The notes: a model not told the origin generated them from the letters alone. A stretch of 64,000 bases of DNA from Cenarchaeum sp. (GCA_963693095.2 OY843768.1:160001-224000), one strand, 5' to 3'. Counted from the first letter of the stretch, positions 48,485 to 58,941 are shown. Made by a program: numbers and translations.

Positions 48485-49486
48485 ATGACTGCAAGGATGG
48501 TGATTGCAGCCGCAGCCACGGTGGCCGCACTGGGCCTGGCCGTTGCGCTGTATGCGGCAGCCGGCACGGGGGAGGCAGTGCGCGTGGCCTTTCTTCCCAG
48601 CGTGAGCCACGCCATACCGATCGTGGGCACAGAGCGCGCAACGTTTGCAGCCGCACTTGATCCGCTGCGCGTGGAGGCGCGCGTGCTTGAGAGCGGCACG
48701 CAGGCCGTACAGTCGCTGCTCTCCGGAAACCTCGAGCTCGCATATGTGGGACCCGGTCCGGCAGTAAACGCGTTTGTGCGATCTTCGGACGGCAATGTCG
48801 TGATCCTCTCGGGTGCGGCAAGCGGTGGCGTGAGCCTCGTCGCGCGCGCAGGCTCGGGAATATCGGGCATTGCGGATCTCGACGGCATGCGCGTTGCGGT
48901 TCCGCAGGTGGCCAACTCACAGGACGTCTCGCTGCGCCACCACCTCGCAGGGGCCGGCCTGGTTCCGGCTGACCGCGGCGGAACGGTGCAGGTTATCGCA
49001 GTCGCCGGTCCGGAGATGGTCACACTAGTATCGCGCGAGTTTATCGATGCCGCATGGGTCGCCGAGCCGTGGGCAACGCTCATCATAGAGTCAGCCGGCG
49101 CAGTCAGGGTTCTAGAGGAGTCTTCCCTCTGGCCAGAGTCGCGATTCTCCTCAGTCGTTCTCGTCGCGCGCGCCGACTATGTGCGCGAGATGCCCGAGGC
49201 CGTCTCGTCGTGGATTCAGGCGCACGAGGAGACGACCATGTGGATCGCCGCCAACCCGGGGCCCGCGCGTGAGGCGTACGCGTCATTTGCCGAGGGCGAG
49301 GCCCTCGCGGCCCTGCCGGCCGATGTCCTCGAGGAGTCGTTCTCACGCGTAGAGATCACCACAGACGCCCTCGAGCCGTCGATAGCCGAGTTCGCCGAGC
49401 GTGCCGCCTCACTCGGGTATCTGGGCCGCTCGCCGCCGGAGATCAGTGGGATATTTTACGGGGGCGCCGCAGCGCAGGGCGGCTAG
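48485..49486 (+). CDS. ABC transporter substrate-binding protein (SsuA/TauA/NitT family)
   Basis: N-terminal anchor, AYVGPGPA, AAWVAEPW. Confidence 0.85.
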   Translation: MTARMVIAAAATVAALGLAVALYAAAGTGEAVRVAFLPSVSHAIPIVGTERATFAAALDPLRVEARVLESGTQAVQSLLSGNLELAYVGPGPAVNAFVRSSDGNVVILSGAASGGVSLVARAGSGISGIADLDGMRVAVPQVANSQDVSLRHHLAGAGLVPADRGGTVQVIAVAGPEMVTLVSREFIDAAWVAEPWATLIIESAGAVRVLEESSLWPESRFSSVVLVARADYVREMPEAVSSWIQAHEETTMWIAANPGPAREAYASFAEGEALAALPADVLEESFSRVEITTDALEPSIAEFAERAASLGYLGRSPPEISGIFYGGAAAQGG

Positions 49487-49492
49487 GGAGAG

Positions 49493-50269
49493 ATGGCAAA
49501 GCTAGAGTCTCGTGGAATCACAAAGTCCTTTGGCGGGGGCGGGGGGTACACGCTGCGCGCACTCGGGGGAATCGACCTGTCCGTCGAGGCCGGAGAGTTT
49601 GTCTGCCTCGTCGGCCCGTCAGGGTGCGGCAAGTCGACGTTCCTGAGGATCGTCGCCGGACTCGACACGCCGGACTCTGGTGAGGTCATATTTGACGGGA
49701 GGCCAGTCGACGGGACCGGTCCGGAGCGCATCATGGTGTTCCAGGAGGGTGCGCTGTTCCCGTGGCTGAGCGTTGCTGACAATGTGTCATTTGGCCTCAG
49801 CGTCAACGGCGTGCCGGCCGCCGAGCGGGCCGAGATATCGGCGCGCTACCTCGAGATGATGCAGCTAGGCCAGTTCTCCTCCTACTATCCGCACCAGCTC
49901 TCAACTGGCATGAAGCAGCGTGTTGCGATCGCGCGCGCGCTTGCGATGGATCCTGACGTCCTCCTGATGGACGAGCCGTTTGCCGCACTAGACACGCAGA
50001 CGCGATACACGCTCATCGGCGAGATGCAGGAGATATGGCAGCGAACCAAAAAGACGATACTCTTTGTGACGCACAACGTCGCCGAGTCGGCCGCACTCGC
50101 CTCGCGCGTCGTGGTGTTTGGCAACAGGCCATCGCGCATCAGGGCAGAGTTTCGCATAGACCACCCGCGGCCGCGCCACGCCGAGGACGGCAGCCTCGCC
50201 TCGATACAGCGCGAGATACTCGCCGCGCTGCGCCCTGAGGTCACAAGGCAGGAGGGCCTAAATGGATAG
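49493..50269 (+). CDS. ABC transporter ATP-binding protein (NitT/TauT family)
   Basis: GPSGCGKST, LSTGMKQR, LMDEPFAALD. Confidence 0.92.
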   Translation: MAKLESRGITKSFGGGGGYTLRALGGIDLSVEAGEFVCLVGPSGCGKSTFLRIVAGLDTPDSGEVIFDGRPVDGTGPERIMVFQEGALFPWLSVADNVSFGLSVNGVPAAERAEISARYLEMMQLGQFSSYYPHQLSTGMKQRVAIARALAMDPDVLLMDEPFAALDTQTRYTLIGEMQEIWQRTKKTILFVTHNVAESAALASRVVVFGNRPSRIRAEFRIDHPRPRHAEDGSLASIQREILAALRPEVTRQEGLNG

Positions 50270-51020
50270 GCGTGCTGCGGCGCGCCGCGCCGCGTTCTAT
50301 GCGGCCATTGTCATATCGTGGCAGGCCGCCTCGTCTGCCGGAGTCCTGCCGCCTGACCTGCTGCCGTCTCCCTGGGAGGTCGCCGAGGATATCGCGCACG
50401 GCATTGCAGATGCGAGCCTGCTAGTTGGGATCGCCACGACGCTCTGGCGCCTCATAGTCGGCCTTGCCATCGCGATCGGCGCCGGCGTCCTCCTCGGCGT
50501 CGCCATGGCGAGGATCAGCCTAATCAACGAGACTATCGGCTCACTCGTCCTTGGCCTGCAGTCAATACCGTCCATAGCGTGGGTTCCCGTCGCGCTCATC
50601 TGGTTTGGCGTGAGCGATGCTGGAATAGTGTTTGTGACTGCAGTCGGCGCAGTCTTTGCCGTGACTACTAGCATATACTCTAGCGTGCGCAACATACACC
50701 CGCACTATGTCGAGGCGGCCCGAAACATGGGCGCGCGCGGGACGCAGCTAGTCACGCGCGTCCTCCTGCCGGCCGCGTTCCCGCACATGCTCTCGGGCTT
50801 TAAGCAGGGGTGGGCATTTGCGTGGCGCGGAGTCGTCGGCGCCGAGATGCTCTTTTCGTTTCTTGGCCTGGGATTTCTGCTCAACGTCGGGCGCCACACA
50901 GTCGACATATCGCAGGTCGTCGCGGTCCTCGTCGTTATAATGGCCATGGGCATGGCCCTCGACGTCGCCCTCTTTCGCCGCCTCGAGGATCGTGTCATGG
51001 GCCGCTGGGGGCTGCGCTAG
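50262..51020 (+). CDS. ABC transporter permease (NitT/TauT family)
   Basis: LPSP, QSIPSIAW, EAA.NMGA loop. Confidence 0.9.
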   Translation: MDRRAAARRAAFYAAIVISWQAASSAGVLPPDLLPSPWEVAEDIAHGIADASLLVGIATTLWRLIVGLAIAIGAGVLLGVAMARISLINETIGSLVLGLQSIPSIAWVPVALIWFGVSDAGIVFVTAVGAVFAVTTSIYSSVRNIHPHYVEAARNMGARGTQLVTRVLLPAAFPHMLSGFKQGWAFAWRGVVGAEMLFSFLGLGFLLNVGRHTVDISQVVAVLVVIMAMGMALDVALFRRLEDRVMGRWGLR

Positions 51021-51022
51021 GG

Positions 51023-51976
51023 TTGGCAAGGCAGGCCTTTGCTGACGCGCTGCGCGAGCGGATACTCGTCCTCGATGGCGCAATGGGCACGGAGATACAG
51101 CGCCTCGAGCCGACGGCCGAGGACTTTCCTGGAGGCCATGACGGGTTCAACGATGGCCTGGTCGCAAGCCGGCCTGACTGGATACGCCGCATACACCGCT
51201 CGTACCTCGAGGCCGGAGCCGACTGCGTCGAGACTGACACGTTTGGCTCAAACAGGATAAAGCTTGCCGAGTACGGGATGGGCGACAGAACCGTCGAGCA
51301 GAACCGCGAGGCCGCAGCACTCGCCGTCGCCGAGGCTGCCGCAGCGCCACCGCCAACGCGCTATGTCATCGGGACCATGGGGCCGACCGGATACCTGCCG
51401 AGCTCATCAGACGCCGACCTTGGCCAGATGCCACTAGACGAGATACGCGAGGCCTTTGCGCTCCAGGCCGAGGGCCTGGTGTCTGGCGGCGTTGATGCCA
51501 TACTCATCGAGACGAGCCAGGACATACTGGAGGTAAAGCTCGCCATACTAGGCGCAAGGGACGGCATGGCAAAGGTGCGGCGCGACGTGCCCATCATCGC
51601 AAACGTGACGCTTGACCGCTATGGCAAGATGCTACTTGGCACCGGTGTGCAGGCCGCATACACGACGGTGTGCGACATGGGCATAGACGTCTTTGGCCTC
51701 AACTGCTCGACCGGCCCTGAGGAGATGGAGCCTAGCGTGCGATGGCTTGACGAGAACGCCGCGCATCCGGTCCTCGTGGTCCCAAACGCCGGCATGCCCG
51801 AGAATGCCGACGGCGTGGCGATATACCGGATGGGGGCCGACGAGATGGCCGACCGCCTCTCCTCCTTTGTGGACACGTACTCGCGCGTGCGCATCATCGG
51901 CGGGTGTTGCGGGACGAGGCCGGCCCACATATCGCGTCTGCGCGCCGTAGTTGACGAGCGCGCCAAACACTCTTAA
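51023..51976 (+). CDS. metH: Homocysteine-binding domain of a split cobalamin-dependent methionine synthase
   Basis: LDGAMGT, GLNCSTGP, PNAGMP, GGCCGT Zn ligands; other MetH domains absent. Confidence 0.85.
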   Translation: MARQAFADALRERILVLDGAMGTEIQRLEPTAEDFPGGHDGFNDGLVASRPDWIRRIHRSYLEAGADCVETDTFGSNRIKLAEYGMGDRTVEQNREAAALAVAEAAAAPPPTRYVIGTMGPTGYLPSSSDADLGQMPLDEIREAFALQAEGLVSGGVDAILIETSQDILEVKLAILGARDGMAKVRRDVPIIANVTLDRYGKMLLGTGVQAAYTTVCDMGIDVFGLNCSTGPEEMEPSVRWLDENAAHPVLVVPNAGMPENADGVAIYRMGADEMADRLSSFVDTYSRVRIIGGCCGTRPAHISRLRAVVDERAKHS

Positions 51977-52007
51977 GCCAAACTGGGCAAGGCGCGATCC
52001 TAGAGAG

Positions 52008-52763
52008 TTGCTTCCGCTGCGTGATGAGAATCCACACCCTCCGGGATTCAAGCCAAAGGTGACAATATGCCTAATCATCGCCAACGTTGTGGTGTTCTTC
52101 TTCGAGGTGGCGATCACCGGACAGTTCTGGGAGTTTGGCAACAATGCGGCCGCGCGCATGTTCTACGAGTGGGGTGCCGTGCCGGCGTGCGTCACGGGCA
52201 CGGCTAGCATAGTCTCCTCGTGCCCCGAGATGCCATACTTTTCAATGCTGAGCTCGACGTTCATGCACGGCGGACTCATGCACCTTGGCGGCAACATGCT
52301 ATTTCTGTGGATATTTGGCGACAATATCGAGCTAAAGTTCGGTCGTGCGGCATTTTTGGCAATATACCTCGCATGGGGCATACTCGCCGGCCTTGCGCAT
52401 ATCGCAATAGACCCCGACAGCATGATTCCGGCCGTTGGCGCCTCTGGCGCAATATCAGGCGTGCTCGGCGCGTACCTTGTCCTTTTTCCGAGGGCAAAGA
52501 TAATGACATTCATGATGCTCGGCTTTTTTTGGCGCATGATGCACATTGAGGCAAAGTGGTTTCTGCCCTTTTGGCTCGTCTTTCAGAACCTCCTGCCGTT
52601 CTTTGTCAGCGGGTTTGGAATAGCGGGCGGCGGCGTGGCGTACATGGCACACATTGGCGGCTTTGTCGCCGGAGTCGCCGTCGCGTATGCGTACAAGAGA
52701 ACGCACCGCTCTGACTATATGTACGGGAGGCGGTACGGGTATGGGCATGGGCAAGAGGGCTAG
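52008..52763 (+). CDS. Rhomboid intramembrane serine protease
   Basis: FMHGG.MH..GNM, GASGAISG, AHIGGF. Confidence 0.92.
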   Translation: MLPLRDENPHPPGFKPKVTICLIIANVVVFFFEVAITGQFWEFGNNAAARMFYEWGAVPACVTGTASIVSSCPEMPYFSMLSSTFMHGGLMHLGGNMLFLWIFGDNIELKFGRAAFLAIYLAWGILAGLAHIAIDPDSMIPAVGASGAISGVLGAYLVLFPRAKIMTFMMLGFFWRMMHIEAKWFLPFWLVFQNLLPFFVSGFGIAGGGVAYMAHIGGFVAGVAVAYAYKRTHRSDYMYGRRYGYGHGQEG

Positions 52764-52818
52764 TGCGCCGGCCTCGCACATGCCCCGTGCGCATTTGCGC
52801 ATTCATGCGCGTTGGACA

Positions 52819-53019
52819 CTATTGCCCCTGGGCAGACATGAGGAGCCTACGGCTGCTGCGCCATATCTTTGGTCCCCACTCCCAAACCAAATAGCCAATG
52901 GACGAATACCCAAATGCGGCAAATGCAGTAACGAAAAACTCTCTCCATATGTTGTCCATGGGGAGAAGGAAAGGCCACGACAACCAGTATAGGATTTCAG
53001 AAATGTCCATGTCGTACAT
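52819..53019 (-). CDS. Small hypothetical membrane protein
   Basis: 66-aa Trp-rich hydrophobic ORF in a lower-GC spacer; overlaps 52997-53257. Confidence 0.35.
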   Translation of the reverse strand: MYDMDISEILYWLSWPFLLPMDNIWREFFVTAFAAFGYSSIGYLVWEWGPKIWRSSRRLLMSAQGQ

Positions 53020-53257
53020 CTCGCGTCAGCTCTTGGCCGCGCGACCCAAAAATGATGGCGGCAATAACGGCTAGTCCGTTCACAGCGCCGATGATGCCTG
53101 TCTCGTATGTGCCTCGGCTGCGATTATGGGAGTCTTCAACGGACATGGAGTCATTGGGCTGTGCGGACGGCTTTACAAAGCCGGGCAACACCATTATTGG
53201 TTTCCCGCCGAGCAGTCTTTTCGGCGCGTTCGGCTGGAATGTTCCGGTTGTGGTCAT
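52997..53257 (-). CDS. Small hypothetical protein with one hydrophobic helix
   Basis: 86-aa ORF; no recognised family. Confidence 0.3.
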   Translation of the reverse strand: MTTTGTFQPNAPKRLLGGKPIMVLPGFVKPSAQPNDSMSVEDSHNRSRGTYETGIIGAVNGLAVIAAIIFGSRGQELTRDVRHGHF

Positions 53258-53391
53258 GAGGACACCCCGGGGAACGCAACACGTGGCATGAGCATATTGG
53301 CATGGATGACCGCACGAGCGCAGATCGCATTATTCATCAAGACGGCAAAGCGCACATTGCTATATCACTGTTGGCGCCGATCTCATGTGCT

Positions 53392-53446
53392 GCCTTGCAC
53401 GAAAAGTAGACTGGGCAGGAATGCCTGCAGGGCGCAGATCCGGAAC
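53392..53446. repeat. Dispersed degenerate repeat, copy 2 (copy 1 at 15401-15458)
   Basis: TGGGCAGGAATGCCTGCAGGGCGCAGATCCGGA. Confidence 0.6.
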
Positions 53447-53569
53447 CGCGCTGAACGACGAACACATGCGCCCACAAGACTCCCCTAGCGGGCAGTTGGC
53501 ACCTGCGCATGATCGGCTGCCTGCCCGCACCGACTCGGTTAAATTGGGCCACATGTGGCGCGCAGGACA

Positions 53570-53746
53570 ATGCCCCTCATAACAGTCTCAATGTACCCTG
53601 GGCGCAGCGCCGAGCAAAAGGAAAAGTTTGCCGCCGCCGTGACCGAGTCTGCCAAGAGCATCCTCGGCGCCGGCGAGTCGCACGTCATAGTGGTCTTTGA
53701 GGAGAACGAGCGCGAGAACTGGTACCAGGCCGGACGGCGCCTCTAG
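53570..53746 (+). CDS. 4-oxalocrotonate tautomerase family protein
   Basis: Catalytic Pro after Met (MPLITV), GRS.EQK, W..G. Confidence 0.9.
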   Translation: MPLITVSMYPGRSAEQKEKFAAAVTESAKSILGAGESHVIVVFEENERENWYQAGRRL

Positions 53747-53799
53747 GCAGTCATCCAAGATGTGCTTTCCGGACCACAAAATCCGCGGCAGGTCGGCGC

Positions 53800-54171
53800 G
53801 GGCGGAGCCCGCGCGGCGGAGTCGTGCCCCGTCACGTTTGCCGTCAGCGACCCCGGGGTCGACGTGGGGCGGTACGGCCTGCGCTGGGGAATCGGGTCGT
53901 GATCCGCGAGCTCGAGAGGGCACGCGTCCGGACGTCGTCCCGCAGGGTCGCAGCGCGCGCGATGTGCATGGGGCTCTCGCTGCTGGTCCTCAACGCGCGG
54001 GCCGAGGCCGGCGCGATGCTGGCCGCCGAGTCGTCGCAGGGGGTCGCCTCCGGGCTGCACATGCCGCACGCGGACTTTGCCCACGAGCTCACCAGCTGGC
54101 CTACGGGAGCCGACTGCGCCCGGAACCCCCGAGCAGATCCTGCCCCGGTACATCCAAGACGATTGTCACTG
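53800..54171 (+). pseudogene. Frameshifted C-terminal remnant of an ISH3/IS4-type DDE transposase
   Basis: Y.LRWGI, then in a shifted frame RELE.AR.RTSSR...R......SLLVLNA; ends in ACTG (reverse complement of CAGT) at 54171. Confidence 0.6.
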
Positions 54172-54193
54172 TGTGCGGCTATTGATTTGTTTA

Positions 54194-54925
54194 TCAGTTG
54201 TACGGCTGATTCTTTGATGATCCGTCCTTGGTTGTGTCGCCTTTGAGAATGCTGAGCACTTCGTGTAGTATCTTAACTGTGGCATCTTGTTTTTCTACCA
54301 GCAGTCGCATCAACCTGTTTGTGTCCTGTGTGAGGTAAAACATATTGGACTCGTGCCATAACTTGGCATGGACGTCTATGGTATTTAACACAATATCTAT
54401 GTTGGCCTCTGAGATTCCAGATTGCGAAAACATTGTGCGAATATTCGTTTCTGACCTTCCGCATGCACGATCATTAGAAAGTCTCATGTGTGCGCTGATA
54501 ATGTAGTTGATCTGCACACTTTTCAGTTTGTAGTGTTCGACCAACTCTTGTTTGTCCTTGCCGTCGATTATGTGGTCAGACACAATTTCCGGGTATTTGG
54601 CTCCAAAATCATTACCCAGTATTTGAACAACATTCTTTATCTGATAGCTTACTGTAGGCGCCTGCTCGATCATTTTATCGACAAGAAGTGTAGCATGCGT
54701 CCTGTCCATCCCGAGCTCGACTAGTCCGTCCATTATGTCCTGCTTGTCATACAATGACATATTGATGATTATGGATTGCAAAAGGGCATCCAACTTTTCT
54801 TGGTGAGGCTGCGTTAGGTTCACAGGATTGGTCAGTACGGTCACTTGTCCCTCACTGGAAAGCTTGGCGAAATATGCTATGGATTCTCGTATTTTTTCCT
54901 CTAGTGTGCTGTCAAATATGCTCAT
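54194..54925 (-). CDS. AT-rich hypothetical helical protein
   Basis: 243-aa ORF; ATGA overlap with the upstream small ORF. Confidence 0.7.
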   Translation of the reverse strand: MSIFDSTLEEKIRESIAYFAKLSSEGQVTVLTNPVNLTQPHQEKLDALLQSIIINMSLYDKQDIMDGLVELGMDRTHATLLVDKMIEQAPTVSYQIKNVVQILGNDFGAKYPEIVSDHIIDGKDKQELVEHYKLKSVQINYIISAHMRLSNDRACGRSETNIRTMFSQSGISEANIDIVLNTIDVHAKLWHESNMFYLTQDTNRLMRLLVEKQDATVKILHEVLSILKGDTTKDGSSKNQPYN

Positions 54926-55179
54926 TCCTGCATCATCTCCTCCAGTTTGGCGAGCAATTTGTTAATTCTGGCAATTCGCAGGCGACGTCTAGTGTCCTCT
55001 GGCACCTGTTTGCGGCCTCTAACGCGTTGCCATTGCGCTGCATATGGCACGATGGTGCGGGTGTCATATTGTAGTGTCCATTGGTCTCCAAAGCGCCTCG
55101 TGCCCCAGAAATCTTGCTTGCTGCGCTCAAAAAACGTGCGATCCCACTCTGTAGCCTTGCGCCTGTCGTCCCAATCCAT
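54922..55179 (-). CDS. Small basic Trp-rich hypothetical protein
   Basis: 85 aa; AAAGTATTAAT box about 25 nt upstream; coupled to 54194-54925. Confidence 0.5.
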   Translation of the reverse strand: MDWDDRRKATEWDRTFFERSKQDFWGTRRFGDQWTLQYDTRTIVPYAAQWQRVRGRKQVPEDTRRRLRIARINKLLAKLEEMMQE

Positions 55180-55360
55180 GGCGCCTTTGTGCCGGGGTGT
55201 GACATTAATACTTTGTCCGATATGTGGGCTTTTGCCGTGCGTAAATGGCAGGCTGGACGGGAACTGCCTGGTGGTGACACTGGTGTGCCCAGGCGGGCTC
55301 GCGATGGTAGGCAGGATGTTGCAGCGCGCGTTTGGGGAACCAGTGCCGGTGAGCCCTGTC

Positions 55361-55518
55361 GGCCGAGGCCGGCGCGATGCTGGCCGACGAGTCGTCATGG
55401 AAGGCCGCCTCCGGGCCGCATATGCCGCACGCGGACTTTGCCCACGAGATCAACCTGCTGGCCCATGGGGCCGGCCGCGCCCGGAGCCACGCCCGAGCCG
55501 ATCCTGCCCCAGCGCATC
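55361..55518 (+). mobile_element. Second, shorter remnant of the same IS 3' region (direct repeat of 54000-54154)
   Basis: GGCCGAGGCCGGCGCGATGCTGGCCG and ATGCCGCACGCGGACTTTGCCCACGAG shared. Confidence 0.75.
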
Positions 55519-55575
55519 TGGGATGACTCTCTAGGGCACGATGCCTTATTTGGGGCGCGCCAGAGGCCGCAGGCC

Positions 55576-56370
55576 ATGACGCGCGTGGGAGTCGTGCAGA
55601 TGCGCGCCTCAACTGACAAGGTGGCCAACCTGGAGGGCATACTAGATGCGATCTCGCGTGCCGCCTCGATGCGCTGCGCGCTAGTGGCGTTTCCCGAGTA
55701 CATGATGTTCTATGTGGGCGCGCGCACGCCGCGCGAGGTTGCCAATGACGCCGAGGGGCTTGACGGCAACTTTGTCACGTCGATATCGCGCGTGGCGCGC
55801 GAGCGCAAAATCCATGTCATTGGGACGATATACGAAAAGAGCCGACTCGCCAACCGCGTGCATGACACGGCGTTTCATGTAAATTCGACCGGACGCCTTG
55901 CCGCAGCATACCAAAAGGCGCACCTCTATGACGCGCTGGGGACCAAAGAGTCGCGCATACTCTTGCGCGGCGACCGCTTTGCGCGACCACAGCCAACGCC
56001 GGCGGGCAGGACCGGGATGCTGATCTGCTATGACCTGCGCTTCCCCGAGGCCTCGCGCCGGCTCGCCCTGGACGGCTCGGACATGATAGTCGCGCCATCA
56101 GCCTGGGTTCGCGGGCCTGGAAAGGAGTCGCAATGGGTTGCGCTAAACCGCGCGCGCGCAATAGAGAACGGCTGCTATGTCATTGCGCCGGCGCACGTCG
56201 GAAACGCCTACTGCGGGAGGAGCCTTGCCGTTGACCCCTCCGGCAAGGTCCTCCTTGACATGAAAAAGCGACGCGGGATATCCACAGTCGACGTCTCGGC
56301 TGCAGTGGTGCGCCGCGTGCGCCGGGCAATGCCGCTACTTGCGAGCCGGCGAACCGACATGTACCGCTAG
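55576..56370 (+). CDS. Carbon-nitrogen hydrolase (nitrilase/Nit family)
   Basis: FPEY, YQKAHLYD and ICYDLRFPE (E-K-C triad). Confidence 0.9.
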   Translation: MTRVGVVQMRASTDKVANLEGILDAISRAASMRCALVAFPEYMMFYVGARTPREVANDAEGLDGNFVTSISRVARERKIHVIGTIYEKSRLANRVHDTAFHVNSTGRLAAAYQKAHLYDALGTKESRILLRGDRFARPQPTPAGRTGMLICYDLRFPEASRRLALDGSDMIVAPSAWVRGPGKESQWVALNRARAIENGCYVIAPAHVGNAYCGRSLAVDPSGKVLLDMKKRRGISTVDVSAAVVRRVRRAMPLLASRRTDMYR

Positions 56371-56843
56371 GGACTTGCGCGCGCGGGGCACTCGTGGTTT
56401 GTGCACATTCTGGTCCACTTTGCGGTTCGCGTATAGCGGTATATCGCCATGGGCCATGCGCACTCGGGGCACGCCTGCTTTAGGGCGCGCAGGCGCGCCC
56501 TCTGCGGCAGCGGCGAGGACGCGTCGCACCCGTTGAGATAGTTTGAGCACCCGATGAACCTCTTGCGCGTCCTGCGCGAGCGAACCAGCATGAGCATGCC
56601 CGTCCGGCACGAGGGGCACCTGACTAGCCCGCTGCGCGGCGAACGGGTTCCCAGGATCGTATAGACGCGCGCGCGGGCCGACCATGCGAGGTAGCCGCCG
56701 GTGTCAAGATACTCGTCGAGCTCAACCCTGAGCAGGCGCACGTCGCGCGCGCTGCTAGAGGCCGTGTGGCTTCCGGCGGGGCGCATTGCCACCACGCGCG
56801 CCGGTCCGGATGCCCGTCTTGCCATTGCCGCCCTCTCGGTCAC
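56367..56843 (-). CDS. Topoisomerase-type C4 zinc-finger protein
   Basis: CPSC..G.L...FIGCSNY..C and CPEC...C...C. Confidence 0.75.
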   Translation of the reverse strand: MTERAAMARRASGPARVVAMRPAGSHTASSSARDVRLLRVELDEYLDTGGYLAWSARARVYTILGTRSPRSGLVRCPSCRTGMLMLVRSRRTRKRFIGCSNYLNGCDASSPLPQRARLRALKQACPECAWPMAIYRYTRTAKWTRMCTNHECPARASP

Positions 56844-56877
56844 GCGTTTTTATAGGGGCCCCAAGTCATCTTTCTTT

Positions 56878-58032
56878 GTGGAAAAGGTGTGTGTGCTGGG
56901 AGCCGGCAGCACGCGATATGGCAAGCTCGACGAAAGCCTCGTGGAGATGATAGTTGACTCGTCAGCCGGCGCCATGGGCGATGCGGGAATCGAGCCGCGC
57001 GAGATTGGCGCTGCCTACATATCCAACGTCTTTGGCATAGCCGACAAGCAGGTTCACCTCGGGCCAGTTATCATGAGCCGCCTTGGAATACCCGAGCGCC
57101 CGTCGCTGTCCATAGAGTCAGCATGCGGGAGCGGCTCGGTCTCGTTTCGCGAGGCATACGCCAATGTGGCAGCCGGTTTCTATGACGCGGTTCTCGTGAC
57201 TGGCGCAGAAAAGGTCACGCACACGGGCACGGCGTGGACCACGACCTACTTTGCCTACTGTTCGGACTTTTTCTACGAGGGCAGCGCCGGCGCGTCGTTT
57301 CCTGGACTCTTTGCGTCTATGGCCCGCGCGTACATGTCCGAATATGGGGCGACTGAGGAGGACTTTGCGCGCGTCGCAGTAAAGAACCACGACAATGGGA
57401 TACTCAACCCAAAGGCCCACCTGCGCAAAAAGATAAGCGTCGATGACGTTCTGGGCTCCGCAGTGGTCGCAAGCCCGCTAAAGCTGTATGACTGCTGCCC
57501 GTTCTCTGACGGCGCAAGCTCTGTCATACTCTGCAGCGAAAAGTTTGCAAGGGACCATGGCGGCAAGTACGTCGAGGTCGCCGGCTCTGGCCGCGGGGGC
57601 TCGCCGGCTGCGCTGCAGGACAGGGGGCACATGACTACGATCGACAGCACGCGCATAGCGTCTGAGGCGGCCTACAAGATGGCCGGCGTGAGGCCCTCTG
57701 ACATTGACTTTGCCGAGGTCCATGACTGCTTTACTATAGCCGAGGTCGTCAACAGCGAGGATCTCGGATTCTTTGAAAAGGGCAAGGGCGTAGAGGCCGC
57801 ACGCGACGGCAAGACGGCACGCGACGGCGAGATACCGCTAAACCCGTCTGGCGGCCTAAAGTCAAAGGGGCACCCCATTGGCGCCACTGGCGTGGGCCAG
57901 GTCGTCGAGGCATACGAGCAGCTAACCGGCGCTGCCGGCGAGCGCACGGTTTCTGGCGCCGAGGTTGGCCTGACACACAACTTTGGCGCAACGGGCGCAA
58001 GCTGCGCAGTCCACATATTCCGGAGCGTATGA
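56878..58032 (+). CDS. Archaeal acetoacetyl-CoA thiolase
   Basis: ESACGSG, KNH, DCCPFSDGA, EVHDCF, GHPIGATG. Confidence 0.9.
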   Translation: MEKVCVLGAGSTRYGKLDESLVEMIVDSSAGAMGDAGIEPREIGAAYISNVFGIADKQVHLGPVIMSRLGIPERPSLSIESACGSGSVSFREAYANVAAGFYDAVLVTGAEKVTHTGTAWTTTYFAYCSDFFYEGSAGASFPGLFASMARAYMSEYGATEEDFARVAVKNHDNGILNPKAHLRKKISVDDVLGSAVVASPLKLYDCCPFSDGASSVILCSEKFARDHGGKYVEVAGSGRGGSPAALQDRGHMTTIDSTRIASEAAYKMAGVRPSDIDFAEVHDCFTIAEVVNSEDLGFFEKGKGVEAARDGKTARDGEIPLNPSGGLKSKGHPIGATGVGQVVEAYEQLTGAAGERTVSGAEVGLTHNFGATGASCAVHIFRSV

Positions 58033-58400
58033 TCATGTCGACTAGGGGCGAGTTTTCAAGCAGCGCAAAATCCGGCAAGATTCTTGCCTCAAAGTGCCCA
58101 AAGTGCGGCACACTCCACCTTGCCATGTCGCTGTTCTGCTCAAAGTGCGGCGCGCGCGGGCTGGTGCCCGAGGAGGTTGCAGGGCGCGGAACTGTCGTGA
58201 CATACACCATAATCACCGTCGCCCCTGACGGATTTGAGGGCCACACGCCATACGCGTGGGTCGTCATGGCCATCGACGGCACGCCACTGCGCGTCTCGGG
58301 GTTTATGGCCGCCATCGCCACGCCGGCAGACCTTCCGGTGGGGACACGCGTGAAGATCGCCGGCCATGACGAGCGCGGCATACTCATAGAGCGCAGCTAG
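58029..58400 (+). CDS. DUF35 Zn-ribbon/OB-fold thiolase partner
   Basis: KCPKCG...FCSKC, G.V.TYT; overlaps the thiolase stop. Confidence 0.88.
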   Translation: MIMSTRGEFSSSAKSGKILASKCPKCGTLHLAMSLFCSKCGARGLVPEEVAGRGTVVTYTIITVAPDGFEGHTPYAWVVMAIDGTPLRVSGFMAAIATPADLPVGTRVKIAGHDERGILIERS

Positions 58401-58471
58401 AAACAATTTACGCGCATGCGCAACAAATTGCGATCCCACTGTTAATTACTCGCCACGTGCCACGCCTGCCC

Positions 58472-58639
58472 ATGTCAGTGGACATTGTCTGCGGCAAGTG
58501 CGGCAACCTCGTGCACAGGATGAGCATGCTAAAGCCCATCAAGGAGTCTGTGGCCGGAAAGAAAGAAACGTGCACCAAGTGCGGCAGCGTGCTCTCCACT
58601 AGCGAGTTCTCCGTTGACGCCCGCGAAATTGGCGAGTGA
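58472..58639 (+). CDS. Small zinc-ribbon protein
   Basis: CGKCG...CTKCG, 55 aa; TTAATTA box upstream. Confidence 0.7.
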   Translation: MSVDIVCGKCGNLVHRMSMLKPIKESVAGKKETCTKCGSVLSTSEFSVDAREIGE

Positions 58640-58941
58640 GCGCACGCTCGCTCCTCGGCCCGCCCATTCCGCGCGCTCGCAATCCTGCCACCGATGGGCC
58701 TTGATCGGCCCTGTCGCGGGAACCGGCTAGCCTGCCCCCGCCATGGACATTGTGGTGCCCAGGGGCTCCATGGTGCCGGCGTGTGCGGCAGGGGGTCATG
58801 GCGCGGCCATGGCGCCGAGCGTCGCCTGCCGTGCGCGAGCCGGGTCATGCCGTGCGCGCATGCGTTGCGGGAGGGCGGCGGCCCCATATGCCTGCCCCGC
58901 ATGGGCGCCATCGGCAAGACCTGCAGTCCGGTGCGGCGGCG

